The notes beneath the pieces were generated by a model, which was not told the DNA's origin, searched no databases, and saw only the letters and a program-made list of their open reading frames with translations. 64,000 nucleotides of DNA. Origin: Candidatus Moraniibacteriota bacterium (GTDB lineage Bacteria > Patescibacteriota > Minisyncoccia > Moranbacterales > DUUL01). How positions within the stretch are numbered: position 1 is the first letter of the stretch; each line of letters begins with the position of its first letter. The stretch lies in assembly GCA_041583775.1 (NCBI GenBank), contig JBFHFF010000002.1:274-64273 (forward strand). The letters are read 5' to 3'. This document shows positions 30,064 through 40,728 of the stretch, one piece after another. A program made the translations under genes and the position numbers.

Positions 30064-31206
30064 TCATCTAATGGGATAATTAGAGCTCTCTGGAACAGAA
30101 ACTTTTTGACCATCCGTTATTGAGCGATCCATAATTACCGAATCTTCTTTAGTAAGTCCTTCCAAGACCAGAACCTGTGAACCAATTAACGAACCTAATT
30201 CTACTTTTTTTACAACAGCATGGTCATTATCCAAAACATATACTTCAGAGCTATTATCTCCATAATGAATTGCATCAATAGGAACAAAAATCCCTTTTTC
30301 AGCTTTAATGGGTAATTTAACTTCAACGAAAGATCCCTCCTTAAAGTTTTCTCGGTCTTTTTCTTGAGGTTCTAGTGTAACAGCATAGGATTGTGCACCC
30401 ACTCCACTTTGAGCAATATGAATTATCTCCAAGGAAACTTCCTCTCCTTTATCATTTTTTGCAAAAAAATCTCCCTCTATGTCAATATTAGCAGCCCTCT
30501 CCTTGCCAACATAAGCAACTAAACGAACCTCTTTGAGATTCTGGGATTTCAACAAAGCCACTTTTTGTCCAAAAGAAACATAATCGCCTTTACGCACCAA
30601 TGATTCTTGAATGACTCCACTAAAAGGAGCTACTGTTTTATAAAGAGCTGTGGCGGCATAAGCTTGATTTCTCTGCAATCGAGCACTGTCATAACTAAAT
30701 TCCGCGGCTCTTTTTTGTAATGTAATTTGTTTTTTCTCAATTCTAGCCTCTTCATCCCCTGTTCTTCTTACTTCATCACGCTGATAATCCAAGATGTCAT
30801 CTTGGATTTCCAGAACATCTTTTTGATATTGAGTATTTCTAGCGCTTACCGCCGCTGCTGCTGCTACCTGAGAAGATCCACTATAAGTATCAGAAATTTT
30901 CATTATTTCCCCACCTCGAGTAACTTCATCACCTTCTTCAAGCATTCGCGTTACAATCCCATTAGCAGTGGCAATTAAAACCAATGTATCAGCTCTATCT
31001 ACCTCAGCCTCTACTATAGCTAAATTTTTCTCTGTCTGAGGATTATACAATGTGACTTGCTTAATACTCTCTTGTTCATCAAGATCATTCTCAAAGGATT
31101 GAGTGCGCAATTTATTCCCCATAAAAATAACTCCAAATAAGATCACTAAGCTAAACACAAAAGTAATCAATGGAAAATGAACAATATATTTAAGAATTTT
31201 TTTCAT
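30064..31206 (-). CDS. RND membrane fusion protein
   Basis: N-terminal TM, APFSGVI...GDYV, VPIDAI, VELG...GL. Confidence 0.85.
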   Translation of the reverse strand: MKKILKYIVHFPLITFVFSLVILFGVIFMGNKLRTQSFENDLDEQESIKQVTLYNPQTEKNLAIVEAEVDRADTLVLIATANGIVTRMLEEGDEVTRGGEIMKISDTYSGSSQVAAAAAVSARNTQYQKDVLEIQDDILDYQRDEVRRTGDEEARIEKKQITLQKRAAEFSYDSARLQRNQAYAATALYKTVAPFSGVIQESLVRKGDYVSFGQKVALLKSQNLKEVRLVAYVGKERAANIDIEGDFFAKNDKGEEVSLEIIHIAQSGVGAQSYAVTLEPQEKDRENFKEGSFVEVKLPIKAEKGIFVPIDAIHYGDNSSEVYVLDNDHAVVKKVELGSLIGSQVLVLEGLTKEDSVIMDRSITDGQKVSVPESSNYPIR

Positions 31207-31709
31207 ATTTTTTACCAATTATTCAATCAACTTTAAACTAATTATTATCTCTTATCTCTAAATTTTTTATTTATTCATATAAAATTACCCTCAAAATATC
31301 TGCTTATTAATCATTAAAAACTATTAAAAATTCTATCTTTTTCTATAAATAATATCTTAAAAGTATCGTTTATTTCTTCAGACAGAACTTTTTTATTAAT
31401 AAAACAACCACTTTCTTAATCAATCAAAACTAGCATATTTGAACATATTAGTCAATAAAATTTTGTATGTGAATAATTTTCAGATTTATATTTTTTTATA
31501 GTATTAAAATAGACAACAAAGGTGTTAGTGGGGGATCAAATTACCCTTCATAATTCACTTTTTATTAATATTGAAATTTATAAAAACATAGAGATAAAAA
31601 GAATATCAGTGTGAAAAAACTTATAGATGACTTTTTTAAAGTTACCATTAAACACTACAGCTCAAAAAAAGAACCGTTTTTTACCTAAACATAAGACCAA
31701 ATACAACAT

Positions 31710-31738
31710 TGGACTTTTTTATTATTCTGTGCTATACT
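31710..31738 (+). promoter_or_regulatory. Sigma70 promoter of gldA
   Basis: TGGACT-N17-TATACT with extended TG. Confidence 0.55.
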
Positions 31739-31824
31739 TCTTATTGTAATAAAGACGGGTGTTACACATATTTTTTATGTGACAGCGTCTTTTTTTATTT
31801 TTAATTTTAAAAAACAAAAACAAA

Positions 31825-32913
31825 ATGATCCAAGCAAGTATCTTCCCAGGACGATATACACAAGGTGCTGGTGCACTGTCAACTCTCGGGAAAGAAGCAA
31901 AAAAGTTCGGCGAAAAAGCATTCGCAATCTGTGACCCATTCGTGTTAGAGTCTATAATCCCAGACTATAAAGAGGATATTGAAAAAGAAATTGAAATCAA
32001 GTTTGAAAAATTTAATGGTGAGTGTTCTGATAAAGAAATTGCTAGAGTTTCAGCCCTAGTCAAAGAAGCTGGGAGTGCTGTTATGATTGCAATTGGAGGA
32101 GGAAAAACCATAGATACTGCTAAGGCAGTTGCTCATGAGCTTTCTATTCCCATAATCGTTGCTCCAACAATTGCCTCAACTGATGCTCCTTGTAGTGCTC
32201 TTTCTGTGATTTATACTGATGAGGGAGTTGTTGATCGATATTTGTTTTTACCAACAAATCCAAACTGTGTTTTAGTAGATACCACTGTTATTTCTAAATC
32301 ACCCTCTCGTTTTCTAGTCTCTGGAATGGGAGATGCTCTGTCCACTTGGATTGAAGCACGATCTTGTCAAGTTAAATATGCCGACAATTTTGCTGGCGCT
32401 AAAGGTTCTATGACTGCTTATGCTCTAGCAGAACTCTGTTTTGAAACTCTTTTAGAATATGGTGAAATTGCTAAAGTTTGTAATGATGCAAATGTTGTTA
32501 CTCCTGCATTCGAAAAAATTGTTGAGGCAAACACTCTTTTGAGTGGACTTGGTTTTGAAAGTGGTGGAATTGCTTCTTGTCATGCGATTCACAATGGTCT
32601 TACAGCACTTGAGCCAACTCATGCATATTTCCATGGAGAGAAAGTTGCAATTGGTGTTGTATCCTCCCTCTTCTTAACAGACAAACCAGCAGAATTTATA
32701 GATGAAATTTATACATTTTGTGAATCTATAGGACTTCCAACAACTCTTGCACAAGTTGGACTCAACAATCCAACGGACGAAGATTTGATGAAAGTCGCTG
32801 AAAAAGCTTGTGCCGAAGGAGAAACAATTTATAACGAATTGGTTCCGATAACACCTGAATCTGTTTTTGCAGCAATTAAAGCTGCTGATGCATACGGAAG
32901 ATCGAGACAATAA
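31825..32913 (+). CDS. gldA: Glycerol dehydrogenase
   Basis: GGGKTIDTAK, PTIASTDAPCSALSV, GMGDAL, HAIHNG, HGEKVA. Confidence 0.93.
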   Translation: MIQASIFPGRYTQGAGALSTLGKEAKKFGEKAFAICDPFVLESIIPDYKEDIEKEIEIKFEKFNGECSDKEIARVSALVKEAGSAVMIAIGGGKTIDTAKAVAHELSIPIIVAPTIASTDAPCSALSVIYTDEGVVDRYLFLPTNPNCVLVDTTVISKSPSRFLVSGMGDALSTWIEARSCQVKYADNFAGAKGSMTAYALAELCFETLLEYGEIAKVCNDANVVTPAFEKIVEANTLLSGLGFESGGIASCHAIHNGLTALEPTHAYFHGEKVAIGVVSSLFLTDKPAEFIDEIYTFCESIGLPTTLAQVGLNNPTDEDLMKVAEKACAEGETIYNELVPITPESVFAAIKAADAYGRSRQ

Positions 32914-32927
32914 AAAATAATAACTCT

Positions 32928-32971
32928 TAAATAAACAAAAAACGCCTTTTAAGGCGTTTTTTGTTTATTTA
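32928..32971. terminator. Bidirectional terminator
   Basis: TAAATAAACAAAAAACGCCTT-TT-AAGGCGTTTTTTGTTTATTTA between convergent genes. Confidence 0.85.
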
Positions 32972-32987
32972 CTCAAACACACACTCT

Positions 32988-34733
32988 CTAGAAAATATTA
33001 CATCCTTTAAAATCAGTTTCTTTGCCCGAAGAATTTTCTTTAGGTCTTAATTTATAAACTACTAAAGTACCTTTTCTATATTCAAACTCAACACTGTTAT
33101 TTTCTAGAATATCTTTACTCAATTGTTTTGAACTTCCTCTTTTTATATAATAAACAATTTTATTAAAATCAGACTCATAACTGCTCATTTTAAAATAACA
33201 ATCAGTTTTTGCTTCTAATTCATATTTCAAAATATAAAAAATTGATCTCGCGTAATAATTGTCCGCTGCAATATATATTTTTTCTCCACCATTTTTTTCA
33301 GCATCAAATTTTAGCTCAATAGCAAGCTCCTCTAATTGTTCTAGAGTAACCCCTCCACCACCAGGCATAATTATCTCTCGATAATCTCTTATGGCATTTT
33401 CATTAATTTTAACATCATTTTCAATTTGAAAAAATTTTAAATTTGCATTTAAGTTTAGAAAAAACAAAAAAAGAAACAGGGTTACACTTGCAATTTTTAC
33501 TTTATTACAGGAAAATTTTTCCAATAAAAGTTCAATCAATAATCCAAACATTACTAAAAAGGGAATTACCCCTGCCAAAAAAAATCTTGGAGAAAGTTTA
33601 TACGAAAGTGGTATTAACAAAAAAAGGAAAGAAACAAACCAAATAAAATTTAACAGCAAAAAAGGGTTTCGTTTTTTTATTTTCATTTCCCTAGTCACCC
33701 GATAGCTAAATGCCAAAATTCCTAAAGCAAAAACAAAACAAGCAAAAATTGTTTGCTTTAAATACTTTTCACAGGCGTCATCACACACAAACCTCATACC
33801 GCCTTTTTTATTTTTCGTGCTGACTATATCAGTGCTTTGATTACTGGAAATAATTGCCAAATTAAACCTGCTTGATTCTTGAAAAATTCGAAATGTTTTT
33901 TCAAAAAAATTGTGCCCTGTATCTCCAATTTCTGTTCTTTGGGTAAAAGTGCTTATAAATGCCCTGCTATTTTGCAGATCATTTCTTGTTTCAAAATAAA
34001 TTACCGGGGAATAAACAAAACAAAAAATCAATACCCCAAATAAATAATGCTTAAAATTTATTTGAGGGTTAATTATTACAAGAAAAACAACTAATACAAC
34101 TGGTGCTAAAAAAAATGTCACAAAATGTAACTGTCCAACAATAGCAGTTGCAAAAAAAGATAAATACAGCCAATAAAAATAATTCTCACCTTTCTTTTCG
34201 ACTACCTTCAAAAGACTGATTGCAATTAATAGCATAAAAAATGGAATTGAATTGGGGTTCCAAGCAAACCGTGCATAGAAAACAGTGAAAATTGAAGTTG
34301 TAAAAATTGACAACAATCCTAGAGAAATCCATTTTGAAAAATAATTTTTTATAAAAAAATAAAAAAGTGGCAAAGAAAGAATCGCAAAAAATAAGTCTGG
34401 CCAAGCCATAACATTTGATTTGTCACCAAAAACTTTTGCTGTCACATATTGAAAATAATAAAATATTGGTCCCAACTTCAAATCACTACCACTCGCTTGC
34501 GGTCCTAATAGGGGTAATTTGTCGATTCCACCTCTAACGGCATTGCTGATAATTGTTGCGTCTCTTGATTGGTCAAGCTGAAAATGCAACCAATCGTGAT
34601 GATGAAAAGTTCGTAAAAAAACTCCTACACCTAGAATAAAAAATAATAAAATGAGGAAAATGATTTTTTCTTTTCTTTTAAAAAACTTTCTTCCAACTTC
34701 AATCCGTGTTTTTATTTCTTTTTTATAATTCAT
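32988..34733 (-). CDS. GT-C glycosyltransferase (PMT/ArnT-like)
   Basis: FLR...DQSRD, PLLGP, GPIFYY, RFAWNPN; multi-TM. Confidence 0.8.
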   Translation of the reverse strand: MNYKKEIKTRIEVGRKFFKRKEKIIFLILLFFILGVGVFLRTFHHHDWLHFQLDQSRDATIISNAVRGGIDKLPLLGPQASGSDLKLGPIFYYFQYVTAKVFGDKSNVMAWPDLFFAILSLPLFYFFIKNYFSKWISLGLLSIFTTSIFTVFYARFAWNPNSIPFFMLLIAISLLKVVEKKGENYFYWLYLSFFATAIVGQLHFVTFFLAPVVLVVFLVIINPQINFKHYLFGVLIFCFVYSPVIYFETRNDLQNSRAFISTFTQRTEIGDTGHNFFEKTFRIFQESSRFNLAIISSNQSTDIVSTKNKKGGMRFVCDDACEKYLKQTIFACFVFALGILAFSYRVTREMKIKKRNPFLLLNFIWFVSFLFLLIPLSYKLSPRFFLAGVIPFLVMFGLLIELLLEKFSCNKVKIASVTLFLFLFFLNLNANLKFFQIENDVKINENAIRDYREIIMPGGGGVTLEQLEELAIELKFDAEKNGGEKIYIAADNYYARSIFYILKYELEAKTDCYFKMSSYESDFNKIVYYIKRGSSKQLSKDILENNSVEFEYRKGTLVVYKLRPKENSSGKETDFKGCNIF

Positions 34734-34928
34734 ATAAAAATATCCTCTGTTTAAAAAATATTAGAAACCATTGCGATGCTTTTTATTATAGCAATTGAAT
34801 TAAATAGCTCAATTAAATTTTTATTTATACAAAAAATCATCCAGAAAAATCCTCTTTGGATGTCAAAAAATTAATCTTTTTTATTCAAACTTATTAAATT
34901 ATTTTCAACTTCATTTCACCTCAAAAAA

Positions 34929-35657
34929 CTACTTTGTTTTATTTTTTCCTTTCCCACTCCAAGGTCTAATTTCAGTCGCTTCAAATTGATTCTTTTCTTG
35001 TTTTTGTTTTCCTATTGCTTTTATTGTTTCGCCTTTTTTCAATTCCACCGCTCCACGAACAAATGTATCTTTTGTGACAAGTACTTCCCAGTCTTCTTCT
35101 TTAAAGGTTTCTATGATTAAAATATCTACGCTATCAATTTTCTCTACTGAGATAATTTCTCCTGAAAGCAGACCATTTTCTGGTTGTGACCATTGATCTT
35201 CTTTGGTGTGAATCACCTCTGTATATCCTGGAATATTGTCTATAAAAATTTGATTGAGTTTCCTGTTAAGCCCTGAGAAATATAGCAACAAACTTAGTAT
35301 GAAACTAGCTATAACAATAATCCCTAGAGCAAATAAAAGTTCATAGTGATAACCCTTTTTTGTATGTCGCAAATTTTTATATGAAATAAAAATAAAAACT
35401 ATCAAAAAAATAAACCAGAGATGTGGAAACATTACCAAAAAAGTCTCGAGAAAACTATCACCTATATTTCTATAAATCTGCCAATCGAGCTCCTCTATGA
35501 GAAAGGCTAAGATAGAAAATGAAACCCCTCCAGCCAAAATAGATACTATAAATACTATCCACCAAAAAAAGTTTTTTGCTTCGATTCTCCACTTTGCGAC
35601 TGGTCTGATTTTCTCTTTTTTAATTTTTTCCAGCCCTTTTTCAATAAAATTTTCCAT
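34929..35657 (-). CDS. Putative anti-sigma factor (3 TM + extracellular OB-like domain)
   Basis: Directly downstream of ECF sigma; paralog of 43627..44412. Confidence 0.65.
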   Translation of the reverse strand: MENFIEKGLEKIKKEKIRPVAKWRIEAKNFFWWIVFIVSILAGGVSFSILAFLIEELDWQIYRNIGDSFLETFLVMFPHLWFIFLIVFIFISYKNLRHTKKGYHYELLFALGIIVIASFILSLLLYFSGLNRKLNQIFIDNIPGYTEVIHTKEDQWSQPENGLLSGEIISVEKIDSVDILIIETFKEEDWEVLVTKDTFVRGAVELKKGETIKAIGKQKQEKNQFEATEIRPWSGKGKNKTK

Positions 35658-35675
35658 CTTTTTTTGCTAATTTTA

Positions 35676-36266
35676 TTACAAACAATCAATTTTCAACTTC
35701 TTTAACTCCTCCTTGAGAGACTCTCTTCCTCTGGACACCAATGTTGCAACACTTCCCTTTGGTTTCTTCAGGATATCCATAATTTCTTCGTATGTTTTTT
35801 CTTCCAAAAAACGCAGTACCATCACATCTCTATATTTCATCGGCAAATTCTTAATCGCCCTCCTAGCCCTTTTCAAACAATCATCTGTTAAAACTTTCTC
35901 CTCCAAATCTACACTTGCGCTAAGAAAAAACTGTGTATCATGCTCATTTAATTCATCGTATGAATTTTCATTTTGCCTTTTTGACTTTCTAATCGCGTCA
36001 ATTACTTGGTTGTGTGTAACTCGATAAATCCAACTAGAAAATTTTGTCTCTTCGTCAAATTCATTTAAGTTGCGATAAGCACTAATCAAGACTTCCTGTA
36101 AAATATCTTCGATGTCTTCGTTCGAAAAATATGAAATTCTTTTAACATACCAAAATAATTTTTCTTGATAGCGACTCATAACAATCCCAAAATATTCTGG
36201 GTCCTCTATCGATAACTGAATCAATTCGATATCACTTTTATTGGAATAATTTTCTTTTGTTTTCAT
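35676..36266 (-). CDS. ECF RNA polymerase sigma factor
   Basis: DIEDILQE, FSSWIYRV, LPMKYRDV...TYEEI...GSVATLVSRGR. Confidence 0.92.
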   Translation of the reverse strand: MKTKENYSNKSDIELIQLSIEDPEYFGIVMSRYQEKLFWYVKRISYFSNEDIEDILQEVLISAYRNLNEFDEETKFSSWIYRVTHNQVIDAIRKSKRQNENSYDELNEHDTQFFLSASVDLEEKVLTDDCLKRARRAIKNLPMKYRDVMVLRFLEEKTYEEIMDILKKPKGSVATLVSRGRESLKEELKKLKIDCL

Positions 36267-36660
36267 TAAAATATTTCCTACAGCCTTTTCTAATTTCTTT
36301 TTTAGTTTTTATATAAATTTATTCTAACATATCTTACTCATCACAAAAGCCATAAATAAAAATCGCTACAAATTATTACAAAAAACATCCCTTAATATCT
36401 GTATAAAACCTACAATCAAGAGATGAAGCACGGCTTTCTTCCTCAAAATGATAATGGGTATCTATTGGAGCCATTTTTTAAATTTCAAGGAATTAATAAT
36501 AAAATAGCAACAACGATAATAGATAATATCACGGAATAGAAGAATACTTTTAATAACGGTTTTTTTGTCCATTATAAATTTAAATTGATAAATCATCTTA
36601 CCACTAACTAGTTTACCCCAAGAGAGAAGGTACAAACCTTCCCTCTTTTGTGTAAACCAA

Positions 36661-37128
36661 TTATTTTAAGTTATCACAATTTCCGTCTCCATCGCTATCA
36701 ATGAAGTTTCCTCCCTTGTTTTGCCCTCGATTCTCACCCTGTCCTCGTCCCTCTCCATTTCCTTTACCATAACCTTCTCTCATTCTCTCACCGTCGCTAG
36801 TTCTAAGACCTAATTCTTTCCTGATCTCATCAGCTTTTGCAGTCTCTCCTGCCTCTCCCAATCTATGAGCCTCAGCAAAACGGGAAAAATTTTCTTCAGT
36901 TATAATATCAGAGACTCTTCCTTGCCCATTTATTTGCTCCTTCCAAGCATTGTAATTATTCTCCTCAAAAGCATTTTCCATAATTTCATGCCTTTGTTCT
37001 GAATAATTTGGACCTTTTTCTGAAAAATCTCCACGATAAGCCAAGGTATCACTTACTCCAGCAGCTGCCATTACAGCAATTGCTGCTAGGCCAAAAATTG
37101 ACGGGATGATTATTTTTTTACTATTCAT
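36661..37128 (-). CDS. Secreted hypothetical protein with Gly-rich tail and DxDGDG motif
   Basis: Signal peptide; ends GQNKGGNFIDSDGDGNCD. Confidence 0.75.
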   Translation of the reverse strand: MNSKKIIIPSIFGLAAIAVMAAAGVSDTLAYRGDFSEKGPNYSEQRHEIMENAFEENNYNAWKEQINGQGRVSDIITEENFSRFAEAHRLGEAGETAKADEIRKELGLRTSDGERMREGYGKGNGEGRGQGENRGQNKGGNFIDSDGDGNCDNLK

Positions 37129-37207
37129 TTTTTTAGATTAACTAATTATTTTGAAAAGATATTTTTGGTTTCCGCGGAAAAATTACTAAACACCCTTTCA
37201 TTGAGTA

Positions 37208-37235
37208 TAACGAATCCGACCTTAAAAAGTTTTCA
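37208..37235 (-). promoter_or_regulatory. Putative ECF-sigma promoter
   Basis: Minus strand TGAAAAC-N16-CGTTA (AAC/CGT ECF type). Confidence 0.55.
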
Positions 37236-37277
37236 TTTCTTTGTTTTAATTTTTTAGACAAATGCTAATATTAATGT

Positions 37278-37979
37278 ATGAGATATTTTATTACTACAAT
37301 TATTCTTATTCTTTTAAGCTTGTTGTTATTTCTTTTAACAACTGATTTTTCAAAAAAAGAAAAAGTTACCACTCCTAATCCGACTATTGTTGATGAAATT
37401 ATAGATCCTATACCAACTGATACAAAAGAGTCTATTACAGAAGCCCCCTTTTCAGATATAACCGAAGAGAAGAAGTTAAAATTTGCACCCCCACTAGAAA
37501 AAGCCAGCGAAAGAATCACCAAAAAAAAATTTGGGCAATTTATTACACCACAAAATTCACCAGTTCAACCTGAAAAATTTTCTGGATATCACACTGGTGT
37601 TGATTTTGAAATATTTCCAAAAGAATTAATTAGTAACATTTCTGTTAGTGCTGTTTGTGATGGTTTACTAAAAACAAAGAAGGATGCAACTGGTTACGGA
37701 GGCGTTGTTGTCCAAAGTTGTGAAATAGACTCTCAGCAAGTAACAATTATCTATGGACATTTAGATTTAGCAAGTGTAACTAAAGAAATAGGGGGAAAAT
37801 TATTGGTTGGTGAAAAAATAGGAGTCCTGGGTGCAGATAAAAGTCTTCAGACTAGTGGCGAAAGGAAGCATTTACATCTAGGTGTTCACAAAGGCACAGA
37901 AATCAATATCCTAGGTTATGTTCAAGCAAAAAATGAACTCTCTAAATGGATTGATCCTTGTCTATATTTTTGTAATTAA
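37278..37979 (+). CDS. M23 peptidase
   Basis: N-terminal TM, YHTGVD, YGHL, HLHLG. Confidence 0.88.
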   Translation: MRYFITTIILILLSLLLFLLTTDFSKKEKVTTPNPTIVDEIIDPIPTDTKESITEAPFSDITEEKKLKFAPPLEKASERITKKKFGQFITPQNSPVQPEKFSGYHTGVDFEIFPKELISNISVSAVCDGLLKTKKDATGYGGVVVQSCEIDSQQVTIIYGHLDLASVTKEIGGKLLVGEKIGVLGADKSLQTSGERKHLHLGVHKGTEINILGYVQAKNELSKWIDPCLYFCN

Positions 37980-38118
37980 TCTAGTTTATTAATTTCACAA
38001 TTCCCCCTCTCATTTGATTTAATTTAAATAAAATATCTATTTTTTAGCCTTTAAAAAAATAAAAACAAGCCCTTTTTTGAGCTTGTTTTCAAAAACACTA
38101 AAATTGCTGTTTACCTCT

Positions 38119-39381
38119 TTATTGAGAAGTCTCTTTGTAATTACCAACATTAACTTTAGTTGGACACTCCAATATACAAGATCTAGTTTTAACCCCTGAA
38201 CCTCCACAACCATTACTACACATACCACTCTCTGCTCCTATTGACTCAGAAGAACAATCACCATTACATACTCCGCTCCAAGTAACTGGGTGCGATGAGC
38301 AAGTGTTGTCTGGTGTACATAATGAATTTACAGTTACAGATTTAACACCAGTAGTATCTCCAAACGAGTTCCAACACTCCATTTTATATGTTTTATTAGC
38401 GGTGATATTATTTTGATTTTCACCTGAACTGTTAATAGCCTTCCATCCACTAGCCCAATCACCACTAGCCCAACAAGAAGTTGCATTAGTAGTTGACCAA
38501 GATAGTGTAGAAGTATCCCCATAAACAACGGTGGTTGGGTCAGCTATAAAATTAAGCGTTGGTACAGCTCTAACAATAAAATTAACATTTGCACAAGCTA
38601 CTGAACTTGTGTCGTTCCAACTGGTCCATGCTGATCCATGAAAAACACAATAAGTCATTTTATGAGTCCCTGAAGCAAAAGAGTTTGAGTTATAAGTCTG
38701 AGTTTGATTACTTGACGCCTTGGTGTCCAAAAGGGTTCCACTGTTAACAGTTCCGTTTCCATCCAATCTCCAAAGATAGCCTCTCATAACATCTCCATTA
38801 ACATCACTTGAAGTGCCCCTAAAAACAATATTTGTTCCAGCAAGTGATGTGGATGGGTTTGCTGTTACTTGAACTACTGGTGGTCTCGGTGGCGTGCAAG
38901 ATCTTATATTTGGGGCTCTATCAGCACAACTAGATCCACCAACAGTGCCATAATAATATCCTGTCGGATACTGAACCCCCCTTGAGTTACAAGCTCCCCA
39001 AGATCTCACCCCTGTGGTATATGTACAACTATACGAAGCTGTTTTATGCACAAACTCCCCACAGCCAGCCAAAAAGGGACTATAGCCTCCACATCTATAA
39101 GCAACTGTGCCACTATAAACACCGTTTATAACATTAGTTCTTGCAAAATACATTGACCTTGGACATGACCATAGAGCCCCCATTTTGGTAACAGTTCTTT
39201 TATTACAAAGAAGACCATTCATAACACTTGGAACTTGATAACCCTTCCCCACTGCTATGGTTGTATAACCCGTAACAACTTCATTACTTCTAACAGTTAC
39301 AGCATTAGCATCTGCTTTCACTTCCCCTAAAAAAAGAATACTAATGAATATAAAAATTTTTAACTTAAGTTTATTTTTCAT
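38119..39381 (-). CDS. Secreted Cys-rich surface protein (PKD/Ig-like and TSP1-like modules)
   Basis: Signal peptide; WGAC, LSWSTTNATSC, CSNGCGGSGVKTRSC. Confidence 0.7.
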   Translation of the reverse strand: MKNKLKLKIFIFISILFLGEVKADANAVTVRSNEVVTGYTTIAVGKGYQVPSVMNGLLCNKRTVTKMGALWSCPRSMYFARTNVINGVYSGTVAYRCGGYSPFLAGCGEFVHKTASYSCTYTTGVRSWGACNSRGVQYPTGYYYGTVGGSSCADRAPNIRSCTPPRPPVVQVTANPSTSLAGTNIVFRGTSSDVNGDVMRGYLWRLDGNGTVNSGTLLDTKASSNQTQTYNSNSFASGTHKMTYCVFHGSAWTSWNDTSSVACANVNFIVRAVPTLNFIADPTTVVYGDTSTLSWSTTNATSCWASGDWASGWKAINSSGENQNNITANKTYKMECWNSFGDTTGVKSVTVNSLCTPDNTCSSHPVTWSGVCNGDCSSESIGAESGMCSNGCGGSGVKTRSCILECPTKVNVGNYKETSQ

Positions 39382-39387
39382 ATTTTT

Positions 39388-40332
39388 TTATTTCAATGTT
39401 TTTAGAATATCCTGAACCTCCTTTTTCAAAGAATCATCATTACTACTTTTTGTTGCAAGCTCACACATTTTTAATGCTTTTTCTTTAGTGTTACTGTCCA
39501 TAGCATACAACTTGCAAAGTTCTATGTTCGAGAACATTTCCCTAAAAATACCCTCTTTATCAATTTCAGAAATTTTTTCAAAATCCACTATAGCTTCCTT
39601 ATTCATTCCAATAAAACTATAAATCTTCGCTCTTCCTAAAAGTGCCTCCATATCATTAGGATCTAATGCAAGACTTTTTTTATAAGACTCAAGGGCTTTT
39701 TCATTTTCACCTCTTAAACTATAAATAAATCCCTCAGCGGCATATATCCGAGCATTATTTGGTTCTATTTTTTTAGCTTCCTCAAGAATGTTTAATAACT
39801 CAATTGTCTCTTCTGTGTCAATCTTTTCTGAAGAAACTAGTAAAGTTTGTGTGCCACGAAACTTTACTAAATTAATAAGATTTTCTACATCATTTGGATT
39901 TTCTTCCCTGATTTTTTCATAATCTAATATAGAAATATCGTTATTTTCAGGATTTTTTTCTTCTTTGCTATTTAAGTAACCCTCCCGATCTTGAACGGCA
40001 AGAATACATGACTCCCTGTCAATCTCGTCCTTGATTCCATCACATATTTTTTGATCACAGTTATCAACGGCTTGTGTATACAAATCAGTGTCACTGTTAA
40101 CACCCTCACATATTTTTTTTAGTGTAGCATCCTTTACACAAAGACAGGCGCTTTCATCTCCTAATTCAATCATTTTCTCATAAGCGTCTCTATCAGAAGT
40201 ATACGGACACTGAGCTTTATTAATTTCTATTTCCTTTTTTATATTTTGCCTAATGAAAATATAAGACGCTATAGCTGCCAAAATAGGTAGTGTTATTACT
40301 GTTGTATATATAATTATTTTATTTGTTTTCAT
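39388..40332 (-). CDS. Membrane-anchored TPR protein with Cys-repeat region
   Basis: N-terminal TM, C..I.D...R..C repeats, EPNNARIY...ALESYKKSLALDPN. Confidence 0.8.
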   Translation of the reverse strand: MKTNKIIIYTTVITLPILAAIASYIFIRQNIKKEIEINKAQCPYTSDRDAYEKMIELGDESACLCVKDATLKKICEGVNSDTDLYTQAVDNCDQKICDGIKDEIDRESCILAVQDREGYLNSKEEKNPENNDISILDYEKIREENPNDVENLINLVKFRGTQTLLVSSEKIDTEETIELLNILEEAKKIEPNNARIYAAEGFIYSLRGENEKALESYKKSLALDPNDMEALLGRAKIYSFIGMNKEAIVDFEKISEIDKEGIFREMFSNIELCKLYAMDSNTKEKALKMCELATKSSNDDSLKKEVQDILKTLK

Positions 40333-40728
40333 ATTTCCTAGAATTATCTTTTTTGACTTTATTATTTTTTATTGTATTGTTTTGTATTGCGAAAAATAAT
40401 TTCTTCCAAAATAAAAAAGACTTACACTTGGCATATCTTAAAAATTTTTCACTGTAAAAAGTGCATGATTTTTCACGATTATTCTTCTTGTCTTTTTATT
40501 TTTTATTTTTTACTAATTATAATTTCAGATTTACATACTAGCACATTTATTTAATAAAACTAGCCCCTTTTTTATCAATTTATATATGCAAAACTATTGC
40601 CTATTTTTAGCTAACTATTAGCATTAATACTTTCTGATTTAAATATAAGATTATATACTCTTTAATAAATATACTATTTAAAAAATTCTAATATGCTATT
40701 ATATAGACATTAAAATTCCGAACAAAAA

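Noticed and set aside
36390-36575. Possible small membrane gene remnant upstream of the ECF sigma
   Set aside because: Only short hydrophobic fragments in different frames, no recognisable family
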